Of a stretch of DNA of 64,000 nucleotides, positions 12,702 to 24,398 are shown in pieces. Numbering within the stretch: position 1 is the first letter of the stretch; the number at the start of each line of letters is the position of its first letter. Source of the stretch: Pachysolen tannophilus NRRL Y-2460. Taxonomy: Eukaryota. The position numbers and the translations under genes were made by a program. The stretch is from assembly GCA_001661245.1 (NCBI GenBank), contig KV454014.1, forward strand, positions 898,892 to 962,891, given 5' to 3'. Below the pieces are notes generated by a model. It searched no databases and was not told where the DNA came from. It saw nothing but the letters and a program-made list of their open reading frames with translations.

Positions 12702-13232
12702 CATTCTGTAAATAATAATAATATTAATCAATCTCATCGGAAAAACCCCTCGTAGTGTCCTGCAAAATTCAAACTCCCTCACGTGATCGTTTTTATTCTC
12801 GAACTTTTTTTTTTTTTTTTTTTTCTGTTTCGAAATAAGAAGGGCGTTGGCAACAGCAGTAGTGATCAATTTTATTTTATATACTAATAATATTAGTATA
12901 ATAGTTCAACTTTGGTTAATTTGCTATTTTTTCATATTTTTAATCATAGAAGAGTTAAATCTATCATTATATTAATCTTGGTTTAAAAGTTTTTTTCTTT
13001 TGAAGAAGGAAAAAAAAAAATAAAGATTCTTTTTATTTTTTTTTTTAAATTTTTGGTTTTGAATCATCGAAAGTTGAGTGGTGAATCTGCTGCCCTATTA
13101 TTAAAATTTTAAATAAGAGGCAATTTATCATAGAGAGAATATTTTGATTTTAAAAGATTAGAATAATTTTTTATTCTATTTTTTTTTTGTTGTTGTTGTT
13201 GTTGTTGTTGTTGAAATATTAGTTGGTGAAAA

Positions 13233-15248
13233 ATGTTGAAGTTAGCAATAAATCCAACATTTAGAAGACAGGTTTTATTTGGTTGTCCTTATAATAAAAA
13301 TTTGAGCAGAAGAATATTTATAAATGTTCGTTTTGCTTCATCTGCTCAAGTGAATTCGATGTTAGCATCTAAAGAACAGATAGCTAATCGTGACTTGGCA
13401 AATGCAAAAGTACAAGCTGAGTTTTATCAATCTTTGTTGAACTCAAACTACCCTCATATAGTTGTTTCAAGATATGAAACTCCTGGAATTGCTTCATCAC
13501 CAGAATGTACCCAATTATATATTCAAGCATTACAAAAACTTGGAAATGACTCAAAGGCTGCTTCTGTTGCAAATTCACTTGGTATGAATGGAGCTGTGAT
13601 TTCGAATTTGAACTCATCAGGTTTTGCTGGTGGTTATGGTTCGAGACAGGAACCGATCCATGTGGTTGTTACTGAAAGTGCATGGACTATGGCTTCTAAA
13701 TGGATCAAGTGGTTGATTCCATTTGGTTTGGTTACATATGGAATCATTCAAGGTTTCAACTATTTGGTTGCAAATGGTACTATATTAAAAGGATCAAGTG
13801 TTGATGACAAGTCGGTTGATGTTTCAGAATCAAACGTCAAATTTTCAGATGTTTGTGGTGTAGATGAAGCAAGAGCAGAGTTGGAAGAAATTGTTGAATT
13901 TTTAAAAGATCCTTCCAAATTCACCGGGCTAGGGGGTAAATTACCAAAAGGTGTATTGTTAACTGGTCCTCCAGGTACTGGTAAAACATTATTAGCAAGA
14001 GCAACAGCAGGTGAAGCAGGTGTACCTTTCTTTTTCATGTCAGGTTCTGAATTTGATGAATTATATGTTGGTGTTGGTGCAAAAAGAGTTAGAGAATTAT
14101 TTACTCAAGCTAGAATGAGAGCTCCAGCCATTATATTTATCGATGAATTAGATGCAGTTGGAGGTAAGCGTAATCCAAAAGATCAAGCTTATGCAAAACA
14201 AACTTTGAATCAATTATTGGTTGAATTGGATGGATTTTCTCAAACAGAAGGTATTATAGTGATTGGTGCTACAAATTTCCCAGAATCTTTGGATAAAGCT
14301 TTAACAAGACCTGGTAGATTTGATAAAGTTGTAAATGTAGATTTACCAGATGTTAGAGGTCGTATCGATATTTTAAAACATCATATGAAAAACGTTGAAT
14401 GTGCTAAAGAAGTTGATCCAACAGTCATTGCTAGAGGTACCCCTGGTTTATCAGGAGCAGAATTAATGAATTTAGTCAATCAAGCAGCTGTTTATGCTTC
14501 ACAACAAAATGCATTAGCTGTTGATATGTCACATTTTGAATGGGCTAAAGACAAAGTTTTAATGGGTGCAGCAAGGAAGACAATGGTAATGACAGAAGAA
14601 TCAAGAAGAACTACAGCATATCATGAAGCAGGTCATGCAATTATGGCAATGTTTACTAAAGGTGCTACTCCATTATATAAAGCCACAATTTTGCCAAGAG
14701 GTAGAGCTTTAGGTATAACTTTCCAATTACCGGAGATGGATAAGCATGATATTACCAAAAGTGAATGCTTTGCAAGATTAGATGTTGCCATGGGGGGTAA
14801 AGTAGCCGAAGAAATGATATATGGTCCAGATAATACTACAAGTGGATGTGCTTCTGATTTACTGAATGCTACTAGTGTTGCTAGAGCAATGGTAACTTCA
14901 TATGGTATGTCGAATAAGGTTGGTCCTATGAAATTGTCAGATGAATGGGAAACTTGGTCAACAAAATTAAGAGATTCTGCAGATCAAGAAGTTAGAGATT
15001 TCTTAATTGAATCTGAACATAGAACTAGAAGTTTATTGGATCTTAAAAAAATTGAATTAAAAAGATTAGCAGAAGGATTATTAGAATATGAAACTTTAAC
15101 TAAAGATGAGATGGAAAAAGTTGTAAAAGGTGAACCAATTAATAAAGCAAAGATAAGTTCAAATACCGTTATAAAATCCGACCCAACTAAAGAAGAACGT
15201 AAATTTCCAGATGATAAGACCCCAATACCGGTAAAGGTTGGTGCATAA
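13233..15248 (+). CDS. YME1: Mitochondrial i-AAA metalloprotease
   Basis: Walker A GPPGTGKT, Walker [19 protein letters not shown], zinc motif HEAGH, one TM segment and a presequence-like N-terminus. Confidence 0.97.
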   Translation: MLKLAINPTFRRQVLFGCPYNKNLSRRIFINVRFASSAQVNSMLASKEQIANRDLANAKVQAEFYQSLLNSNYPHIVVSRYETPGIASSPECTQLYIQALQKLGNDSKAASVANSLGMNGAVISNLNSSGFAGGYGSRQEPIHVVVTESAWTMASKWIKWLIPFGLVTYGIIQGFNYLVANGTILKGSSVDDKSVDVSESNVKFSDVCGVDEARAELEEIVEFLKDPSKFTGLGGKLPKGVLLTGPPGTGKTLLARATAGEAGVPFFFMSGSEFDELYVGVGAKRVRELFTQARMRAPAIIFIDELDAVGGKRNPKDQAYAKQTLNQLLVELDGFSQTEGIIVIGATNFPESLDKALTRPGRFDKVVNVDLPDVRGRIDILKHHMKNVECAKEVDPTVIARGTPGLSGAELMNLVNQAAVYASQQNALAVDMSHFEWAKDKVLMGAARKTMVMTEESRRTTAYHEAGHAIMAMFTKGATPLYKATILPRGRALGITFQLPEMDKHDITKSECFARLDVAMGGKVAEEMIYGPDNTTSGCASDLLNATSVARAMVTSYGMSNKVGPMKLSDEWETWSTKLRDSADQEVRDFLIESEHRTRSLLDLKKIELKRLAEGLLEYETLTKDEMEKVVKGEPINKAKISSNTVIKSDPTKEERKFPDDKTPIPVKVGA

Positions 15249-16234
15249 TAATTTAACATTCTTTTTTTTTATTCTTTAATATTTTTTTTCTTTCTCTATC
15301 TCTCTCTCTCTCTCTTGTTCTGCGATTGAGATTTCTCATAAGTTGAACATTTTCTTTTTAAATTTTATTTTCAAGAAAGGTCTATTTGGCATTGCCTATT
15401 TTTTTTTTTTTTTTTTTTTCTATTTTTATTTCCATCGATTTAGAAATTCAGGTAAAATGGAAAGGAAGCATTCAATTAGTTTGCTATTCCTTGTTATATT
15501 TTAATATATGTATATATAATTTGAAAAACAAAAACGCTTAATATAACTAACTGATAGAGTATGAAACTTAAAATGCGATTTTTTTATCCAGTAAGAAGAA
15601 TGCGTTATAACAAACTGACTAAAGATTATTATTAAAACTGTTACCAAGAGTACTTACTAGTAACTATCAGATCATCAATTAATTCAGTCAGTTTTTACCG
15701 TTTATTGTGATGCACTACATAAGGATTTGCAGTTTGCATAACTGATAAAACATCAACGTACAGCCTATTATTAAGATTCAGCAATATTCAACCGTCTTCT
15801 ATTCAAAAAAAGGTATCTTACTTACCTTCTTTAGCTAGTTTCAATTTTGAATGAAAAGAAACATAACAGATTGACTACGTAATTTGAATTTGCAATTCAC
15901 TATTCCCTTTCACTAAATTCATTAAATTCACTATAATACAAGGGAGAGAAAAAAAACTTGACAATAATCAAGAAACTTCCTCCTGATTGATTTTCTTATG
16001 CTATGGCCTATCAGTCCTATTCTATATATATATATATATATGATCTCTGATAAGATTGATGTCTTCATTTAGTTTATTTAGTTTCTTATCTACAAGAAAT
16101 GGCGGTAGTGTAAATGCCTATAAACTAGTTGTAGAGGTATTAATTAATGTTAAGGAGTGTGAGTGAGTGAATGAGTTAATGATAAGTTGATAACTATAAC
16201 TAATCAATTGTTATTTGATGATATCTATTTGACA

Positions 16235-16942
16235 ATGTCATTTATTAGAAGAGCATTAGTTTCTGGTTCCCTTTTCAGTGTTGGTTATTTTACTTTTGCA
16301 GAAGTATGGGGTGGTGATAAGAATTCTTCATTACAAAGTACAAATCTTAATGATAAACAAAAATTAATCTTATCACAATTAAATGAAAATGAACATTTTA
16401 AATCATTACTTGCAAATGATAATTTTATTCAAAATAAGTATTCATCATTGATTCCTAAACCTCATCAAAAAAATTATGTTAGTCAAGGTTTATTGTTTGG
16501 TCCAAATCATTTAGAAATTGATCCAATATTATTTAGAGATGAAAAAAAGGGTGAATTAATTGCAATTTATCATTTTGGATCTAATTTGGTAGGAAATGAT
16601 AATACAATTCATTGTGGACTATTATCCACAATCTTAGATGAATCGTTATGCACTTGTGGATTCCCATTCTTACCAAGTAAAAGAGGTGTTACTGCTAGAT
16701 TATCAATTAAATTTAACAATGAAATTATTTTGAAAAGTGACAGCACTATTATGTTAAAGGCAAATGTTAGAGAATTTAAAGGTAGGAAAGTTATAATAGA
16801 TGGATATATTGAAACTTTAGATTTACAAAACCTGACAAACAAGAAAGGTAATACTATTATTGCAAAAGCTGAATGTATCTTGGTAGAACCTAAATGGTTC
16901 AAGTATTTTAATTGGGTACCTGTATTTGAACAGCTGAATTGA
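16235..16942 (+). CDS. Hot-dog-fold (PaaI-like) thioesterase, Fmp10-like, probably mitochondrial
   Basis: Motifs HCGLLSTILDE (HGG..LDE variant), GVTARLSIKF, GRKVIIDG and AECILVEPKWFKY. First ATG is at 16235. Confidence 0.8.
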   Translation: MSFIRRALVSGSLFSVGYFTFAEVWGGDKNSSLQSTNLNDKQKLILSQLNENEHFKSLLANDNFIQNKYSSLIPKPHQKNYVSQGLLFGPNHLEIDPILFRDEKKGELIAIYHFGSNLVGNDNTIHCGLLSTILDESLCTCGFPFLPSKRGVTARLSIKFNNEIILKSDSTIMLKANVREFKGRKVIIDGYIETLDLQNLTNKKGNTIIAKAECILVEPKWFKYFNWVPVFEQLN

Positions 16943-17663
16943 AATTTTTATGATTTAAATTATTTATTATTACTTGAGATTTACAATTAATGACATATTA
17001 TATTGAGAATATATAGCCCTAATATTCATTTAAATGAAATAAGCTTATCTAACTAATTAATTGGTTAATTACCTCATCTTGCTTTAAAATGTCTATCCTA
17101 AATTATAGTACAATATTGCAATCTTGGTTTTTTCTTTTATAAAAAAAAAAAAAAAANAAAAAAACGAACAATCTTCGGAATCTTTTTTGTTGAATTAATT
17201 TGTAAAAATCAGCAACTTTTGTAATAGTGACATGATATTTTTTAATTTTACTTTTTGAGGCGTTGACAAATGAATGATATGGTATTTAAGTTATCTATGC
17301 AAATATTGAAGGTTCTCAAAAAGTGAATCAAAAATTGAAGGAAATAGTTGAAAAAAAGAGAGCAAAAACAAAAAACCAACAAAAAAAAAAGCTGACATAA
17401 AATAGATTATTGATTTGAGTAAAATCATTAATGATTACTATTTATGCCAGAAAGAAACAAAAAAATTCCCTTTAGCAAAATGTAAGGGAAAAGAAAAGAA
17501 AAAAAGAAAAAAACAAACAAAAAAGCAAATACTCCGAGCTCTATACAATGAAAGGTTTCAAAAAGGACAGAAAAAAAAGCATAAAAACTTTGAAATAAAC
17601 TCCGATAATTTAATAATAGCTAACATTAAATGAATGGATCTAATATGGATGGTATTTCAAGAA

Positions 17664-19448
17664 TCATTGAGAATTAATTCCGTTACCGTTATCCTTTTCT
17701 CTCTTAACAGATTTTAACTTTTCTCTCTTAGAATCTTCTTTTCCTTTTAATAATATTTCATCAAAATCTTCATCAAAAACTTGCTTTAGTAAAATGTTTA
17801 GATTGGAAAAATTTTTACAATCTTTTGAATGCAATTCTAAAATTTTTTTCAAATTATTCATTTTCTTTTCCAACATATTTAAATTTTTCTTTAAAGTAAA
17901 ATTTTCCTTTAAATATAAATCAATATCACTTTGTAATTTTTCTTGTAAAACCTTTTTTCTCTGTCTACACTTTGATGCTGCTATTCTATTTCTTTCCAAT
18001 AATTTTTGTTTTTTCCATTCTGAAGTTCCAGGTATTGGACCATTATTTGGATTAAAAATTACCTCATTATTATAAATCAACTGGTGCTGCGGTACACCGT
18101 CAGAGTTTGTAGCCAAACCGCTTGCATCTTGATTGTCAATCTGGCTTTGATGGTGCAGCAGCAGTTGCAGTTGCAGCAGTTGCAGTTGTTGTTGTTGGAT
18201 CATGACTAACCTAGCGTCTTGTACTGGTTCTTGCTTTGGTTCGATTATAGGTGTTGCTATCTCCAATTCATCTAAAGGAACCAAAGACAGTGAACGTAAT
18301 ATCTGTTGTGGTTGTGGAGGTTCCTGGGGTTGTGGCAGTTGCTGAGGTTGCGGCTGAGGATGAGACTGCTGGTTCTGGTTCTGGCTCTGATGCACATGAT
18401 GCTGTTGATGATGTTGCTGCTGCTGCAGTTGTTGTTGTTGTTGCAGTTGCAGCTGACGCAGCAGCAGCTGTTGTTGTTGTTGTTGCTGAGTGAATTCAAC
18501 CAACTGACCTATTTGACCATTTGAAATAGAAATTCTTCTTTTCAAAGTAAACACCTGCTGTGGTTGTACCACCTGGGGTTGTGGTGATAACTGAGATATG
18601 AACAACTGGTTTGATAAATCATCATTTGTTGCAGTATGGCCATTACTATCCTGATCTAAAACCACTTCCAGGCTCACTTGGTTCAGGTTTTGGTTTTGGT
18701 TTTGGTTTTGGTTTTGATTATGGTTCTGGTTCTGGTTCACTACACCATTATTATTGTTACGTATGCTGTTTATGTTATTATTAATAGTTGATACTTGTGG
18801 CGGTGGTGTATAATAATTTGGTTGTTGTTGTTGTACATCAAATAATGGTGGATTTGTTATTGGGAATTGTTGGATTTGTAATTCAAACGGGAGTTGGAAA
18901 AATGAATTTAAAAAAGGATTTGATATATTAGTTGTATCCAACTGTATATTACTTGGTTTATTTGAAACATTATTATTATTATTTGTATTTGTATTATTAT
19001 TTGTATTATTGGTATTACCATTTTGTTGAACATTATCTGTATTATTATTTGTTGCAGCATTAGGTGAAGTATTCAAAGAAGAAGCGCCATTTTGATCTGA
19101 ATCACCATTAAATAAGTGACTGTATCCATGAGGACCATTAGCACTTGCACTAACACTACCATCATTTTCATTATTATTATTATTATTGTTGTTATTGTTA
19201 AGATTGCTAGTACTATTTCTATTTCTATTTCTATTATTATTATTATTATTATTATTATCTTGTTGCCGACTATTATGCGAGACAATAGACCCAGCTATAC
19301 TTTCTTGTTGTTGCAGTATATAATTATTTATTAAATTTCCAACATCACCAGTATTCCCATTATTATTATTACCATTAATATTCCCATTTATTGTACTATC
19401 ATTACTATTGCTATTTAAGGCCTGACTGAAACTGAGCTGATAGTTCAT
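17664..19448 (-). CDS. CST6: ATF/CREB-family bZIP transcription factor (Cst6/Aca1/Rca1-type)
   Basis: Motifs KRRISISNGQIGQ and PIPGTSEWKKQKLLERNRIAASKCRQRKK followed by a zipper. N/Q-rich N-terminus. First ATG is at 19448. Confidence 0.85.
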   Translation of the reverse strand: MNYQLSFSQALNSNSNDSTINGNINGNNNNGNTGDVGNLINNYILQQQESIAGSIVSHNSRQQDNNNNNNNNRNRNRNSTSNLNNNNNNNNNNENDGSVSASANGPHGYSHLFNGDSDQNGASSLNTSPNAATNNNTDNVQQNGNTNNTNNNTNTNNNNNVSNKPSNIQLDTTNISNPFLNSFFQLPFELQIQQFPITNPPLFDVQQQQPNYYTPPPQVSTINNNINSIRNNNNGVVNQNQNHNQNQNQNQNQNLNQVSLEVVLDQDSNGHTATNDDLSNQLFISQLSPQPQVVQPQQVFTLKRRISISNGQIGQLVEFTQQQQQQQLLLRQLQLQQQQQLQQQQHHQQHHVHQSQNQNQQSHPQPQPQQLPQPQEPPQPQQILRSLSLVPLDELEIATPIIEPKQEPVQDARLVMIQQQQLQLLQLQLLLHHQSQIDNQDASGLATNSDGVPQHQLIYNNEVIFNPNNGPIPGTSEWKKQKLLERNRIAASKCRQRKKVLQEKLQSDIDLYLKENFTLKKNLNMLEKKMNNLKKILELHSKDCKNFSNLNILLKQVFDEDFDEILLKGKEDSKREKLKSVKREKDNGNGINSQ

Positions 19449-20286
19449 CCTAGCTCGAAATTTTTTTTTTTTTAATCTTTCGATAATATATCTTAATATC
19501 AATATATATAAATATATAATATAATATATATATATATTTTATATATGTATGTATTTTGATATATTGATCTATCAATATAGTATATTTGTATATTTGTAAA
19601 AAAATATATATATGGACCGATACCTGATTATAGTTAATTTAGCTTTTTTTTTTGTTAAAAAAAAAAAAATAAAAAAAACTCCTTCAATAAGATATATGTC
19701 CAAGTATATATTTCAATATATATTATATACTATTTGCCATAAAATTATGTCAAATAACATATAATATATTACTCTAATTTTTTCTTAATAAAAATAAAAA
19801 AAAAAAAATTAAATATAAATATATATTCTTTTTAATCTTAATATTAATAATACAATAAATAAGTTAGGACTTTTGTAGAAAAGATGCAAAAGATTTTATT
19901 TCTTTTTTTTCCGTTGGTTTGTTGAGGTTAAAAAAAATAATAATAATAAATACAAAAGTCGTGTTGAATAGACACAAAGTAAGCGGAAACGGAACTTTGA
20001 TTTGCCGTCAACGACTTTTAAAATATTTCTCGCGCGGAAGAAAATAAATTTGTTGGTGCTTCTTACACTACTTCCCGATTGGGGAAAGAAATCAAAAATT
20101 CTAAAAGTGTGCATCGCAAGTGCGGAAAAAGGCACGGTAAATGTGCATCGCAAGATCAAAGCTATAATGCACACGTATAGCGTACAGATTATCTTTGGAT
20201 ATAAAAACATAAAACCTCTTCATTCATTAGTTTACCGCCGTTTTACTTCGGCTTCTTTTTTTTTCACTTTCAACAGCGAAAAAATG

Positions 20287-20320
<34 letters not shown>

Positions 20321-20451
20321 ACCCGAAAAGGAATATGAGCACATCTATACGCAAACAATAAAAGTATATATAATACCATTAGTGAATTAAAAAAAATGTA
20401 AAAAGAAGAGAATAATGGTAATTTTGTAATTATTATTGATGATTTCAAGAG

Positions 20452-22911
20452 ATGTTTGTAGTAGGGTCAAGATTTTCAAAGATTTTTTCAAAGAATTTTT
20501 CAATTCAAAGTAAAAGGTTTTTTAATGATATTAAATTTCCAATTAAAATTTCAAAAGAAGTACAACAAGCATTAAGTGAAAAAAAACCAATTGTTTCATT
20601 AGAAAGTACTATCATTACTCATGGGTTGCCTTATCCAAAGAACTTGTTGATGGCTCAAGATGTGGAGAAGGTTATAAGGGATAATGGATGTGTTCCAGCT
20701 ACTATTGCATTTATAGATGGTATACCATCAATTGGATTAGATAAAAATCAATTTTTAAAATTATCAAATAATGAAAATGAAATTGAAAAATTATATAAAA
20801 TTTCAAGAAGAGATATTCCTTATATAATTAGTGGAAAATTTTCAGGTGGTACAACAATTGCATCTACAATGATTTTATCAAAATTAGCTAAAATTAAAGT
20901 ATTTGCTACAGGTGGTCTTGGTGGAGTCCATAAACATGGTGAAATTACAATGGATATAAGTGCAGATTTAGAAGAATTAAGTAAAACAAGTGTTGCTGTT
21001 GTTTGTAGTGGACCAAAATCTATCTTAGATGTACCAAAGACAATTGAATATTTAGAAACTAAAGGTGTACCAGTTCTGACATATAATCCAACTTTAAAAA
21101 AAAATGATTCAGAAACATTTGTTCCAGGATTTTATTGTCAAAGTTCAGGTGTAAAATCACCTTTTGCATTTGATGATTTCTTAACTCCAGCAAAGATGAT
21201 ATTTAATGGAAGAAATTTAAATTTAGAAAATGGATATTTATTTTGTATTCCACCTCCAGAAAATTTAGCTTTAGATTCTTCTTTCATTAATAAAATTATT
21301 GATGATGCACAATTAGAAGCAGAATCTTTAAATATTCATGGTAAAGCATTGACTCCATTTTTATTAAATAAAATTAATTCTTCCACTGGAGGTGAAAGTG
21401 TTAGGTCTAATGTTGGATTCGTAATCAATAACGCAAAATGTGCTAGTGAAATTGCTAAAAATTTAAACAATTTAGAACTTGAAAAGGTTAGTAATAAAAA
21501 ATTTTTTTAAAGATTCAATTAAAAAAAGATATAAAATTATATATATATACTAACAATAATATCCATATTTTAGCATTCTTATTCAAATATTTTCCAATTT
21601 CAACCTTCAAGTAAAATTTTACAAAAAACAAATATAATCAATAAATTAGAATCAAAGAAGAATCAATTTTTTGAAAAAACAAATGCAGTTATAATAGGAT
21701 CTATAGCATTAGATTCCACTTGCATATTAAATCCAAATCATAAATTATATGATTCTAATCCTGGGAAATCAAAACAAACCGTTGGAGGTGTTGGATTTAA
21801 TGTTACATTAGCATCAAATGTTGTTTCTTTAAATAAAAAAAGTGATCCTAATTTAACCAAGCCAAGATTAATTTCTATTGTTAGTAATGATTCATCAGCT
21901 TCAAAAATTATTGAACATTTAAAGAAAAATAATATTGAATCTAATGGAATTTATATAAGTAAAGAAGAAAATTTTCCTGGATCTGCACAATATACTTCAA
22001 TTCATTCTAGTGATGGAAATTTAATTATAGCATGTGCAGACATGGATATAATTGAATGTTTACCAAGCAAACATGTCATGGCTCAATTAGAACTATTAAA
22101 ACCTAAATGGGTATTAATGGACTCAAATATTTCAATTGAGTTGATGGAACTGATTGTTATTGCTTCCATAGAACTTGATTTTCAAATCATTTATGAACCA
22201 ACTTCAATAATAAAATCTTTTAAAATTTCAAAACTGAAAAATTTAAAGATTTACCCAAATAATCAAATAAAATTAGCAACACCAACTATAAAAGAGTTAG
22301 ACACCATTTATGAAAATTTTGAAAAAATGGGGAAATTTGATGATTTAGATAATTGGTTCCCAATAATTGATTCAATTAAAACTGATGATATGAGATTTCA
22401 AGAAAACTTGAAAAAATTATCAAATAATTTCCCAATCTTAAAAGAGTATATGAAAAATGGTATATTTATAAAAAGTTTTAAACTCTTACCTTACATCAAT
22501 AATCTCATTTTAAAAGATGGAGAAAATGGTATATTACTAATTCAATTACTTAACAACGTAAATAGATTAGATTCACAAAAATTGAAACAATACAATATGG
22601 TTTTTTCAAGAGGAAAAAAATTTACTGAAAATAATATCGAAAAACAATTGGGTGTCTTGATCCAATATATGGAAATACCTAATCTTTTACAAAAAAAAGA
22701 TATCAAAAGTGTTACTGGTGCTGGTGATTCATTAGTTGGATACATACTAAGTAAATTAAACAATAACGAAGAAAACTGGTTATTCAATCTTGAAAAAGAA
22801 ATAGACATAACTACAAGACAAAAGAATTTGGTTAATTGTCAAACTTGCGCTGCTTTAAGCTTGTTAAGTAATGATTCAATTAATGTTGAAATGATAAAAG
22901 ATCTCGAGTAG
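20452..22911 (+). CDS. Bifunctional pseudouridine-5'-phosphate glycosidase (PsuG/IndA) and PfkB-type pseudouridine kinase. Exons 20452-21486 and 21574-22911, about 790 aa
   Basis: PsuG motifs VSLESTIITHGLPYP, ATGGLGGVH and DISADLEEL. Exon 2 is open in the same frame from 21574 with PfkB motifs DSNPG, VGGVGFNV and VTGAGDSLVG. The two parts are joined by an 87-nt intron. Confidence 0.9.
21487..21573 (+). other. Spliceosomal intron (87 nt, phase 0)
   Basis: GTTAGT donor, TACTAAC branch point at 21548-21554, TAG acceptor at 21571-21573. Contains an in-frame TAA at 21508. Confidence 0.9.
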
Positions 22912-23084
22912 AGTTAATTAATTAGTTAGTTAGTTAGTTATAAATACCTAAAAGATAATAAAAAAAAAATAAAAAAAAATTAAAATGAAATCCATAGAAG
23001 ATATAGTACAAACAAAAAGCATTAAAATAAAATATCAGTAATCCCAAGAGTTAGATTAGTTATAGCAATAATGAATGGTAATAT

Positions 23085-24251
23085 ATGATTTTTGAGATAA
23101 TTATGAATGATAATAACTCGATAAGTAAAAACTTGAATTCTTTACCGCCTTTGAAAAATGTCGAATCATTGCTAAATAATTTAAAACTTAATAGTACGCA
23201 TAGTGATAACTTAGATAACATAGATTACGATATTATTGCTGAGAACCAAAGAGGTTTGATAATATTAGGGATTCCTTTATTTTCCAAGTATTCCTTGGTT
23301 TCACCCTTTGATCCACCATATTATCAAAATGTTAATGGGAATTCGATCAATGATTTGAGTCTATATCCATTGCCAGATTTAAATTGGAAATGGTCTTGGG
23401 ATAGGTGGTATGTATTGATGAATGATGATGTTGATGACAAAGGGTTTGTATATTCAGCTATAAATTTTAATTCTGTAAATTGGAAGGGGAAATACAAGTT
23501 TGGTAATTCTATAAGGAGAAGAATTTGGATTAGAATGAGAGAGAAACATTTAAGATACCGTTCCGCTGTTTGTGCTAATAGTACAGATGAGAATAATGGA
23601 ATCGGTGAACTATCTTCCTACGAGTTAGCTGAAGGTAATGATGATCAAGAATCATTGCAAATGACTGCTGATTATGATGATACGATGGTATCAGGTTCTT
23701 ATTCAAAATTGCCAATGCGTAAGAGGATTACAAAAAAATTGAAAACCATTGGAAGTCGTAAAAATCATAAAAATCAAATTCAAGATGAGACTATTGGTAT
23801 TGAATTCAATAATGATAGTTCTGATTCAAGCTCTGGATTAAATTATAACAGCACTCGATCAATTGTACCTTCAAGGAATACTACAGTAGGAGGTTCTAAA
23901 AATGTTCAAACAATAGATAATGAAGTTACAACTTTACCTTATATAATTGTGGAAAGACAAGATACAAGAAATAATGATCTTTTAAAAGAATTAAGTGATT
24001 TAAAAATTGATCGAATGAAAATCAATAGAATTTTGGAATTTTTTGCTGATGATGATAATATTGGTACTGAAAATAAATATTATCTTAATTCTATCTTTAA
24101 TTCTCTAGAGTTTAATATGTCGAAAAAACTTTTATTAAAAAAATTTGAAGAATTAATAAACTCTAAGAGACAGGAAAAAGATGCCAATGAAGAAATAATT
24201 GTTGAGTTGATTGGAATTTTGGAAAATTTCAAGTCTTTTGTAATAAGTTAA
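23085..24251 (+). CDS. SPO73: Spo73-like dysferlin-domain sporulation protein with a long C-terminal extension
   Basis: Motifs ENQRGLIILGIPLFS, YPLPDLNWKWSWDRWYVLM.DDVD..GF.YS and WKGKYKFGNSIRRRIWIRMR. Confidence 0.8.
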   Translation: MIFEIIMNDNNSISKNLNSLPPLKNVESLLNNLKLNSTHSDNLDNIDYDIIAENQRGLIILGIPLFSKYSLVSPFDPPYYQNVNGNSINDLSLYPLPDLNWKWSWDRWYVLMNDDVDDKGFVYSAINFNSVNWKGKYKFGNSIRRRIWIRMREKHLRYRSAVCANSTDENNGIGELSSYELAEGNDDQESLQMTADYDDTMVSGSYSKLPMRKRITKKLKTIGSRKNHKNQIQDETIGIEFNNDSSDSSSGLNYNSTRSIVPSRNTTVGGSKNVQTIDNEVTTLPYIIVERQDTRNNDLLKELSDLKIDRMKINRILEFFADDDNIGTENKYYLNSIFNSLEFNMSKKLLLKKFEELINSKRQEKDANEEIIVELIGILENFKSFVIS

Positions 24252-24398
24252 TTTTTATAATTTACTGGCTATTTATAAATAAACATCTATTATTGAAAAC
24301 ATCACATAAAATGAAAAAAAAAAAGGAACAAGATTAATGGAGGTTAGATAATATACAATTTTTTGATTCATTATGTTCAAATCTTTAAATTTTCAGCA

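Noticed and set aside
15815..15835. ACTTACCT resembling the U1 snRNA 5' end
   Set aside because: No U1 stem-loop I/II motifs follow it.
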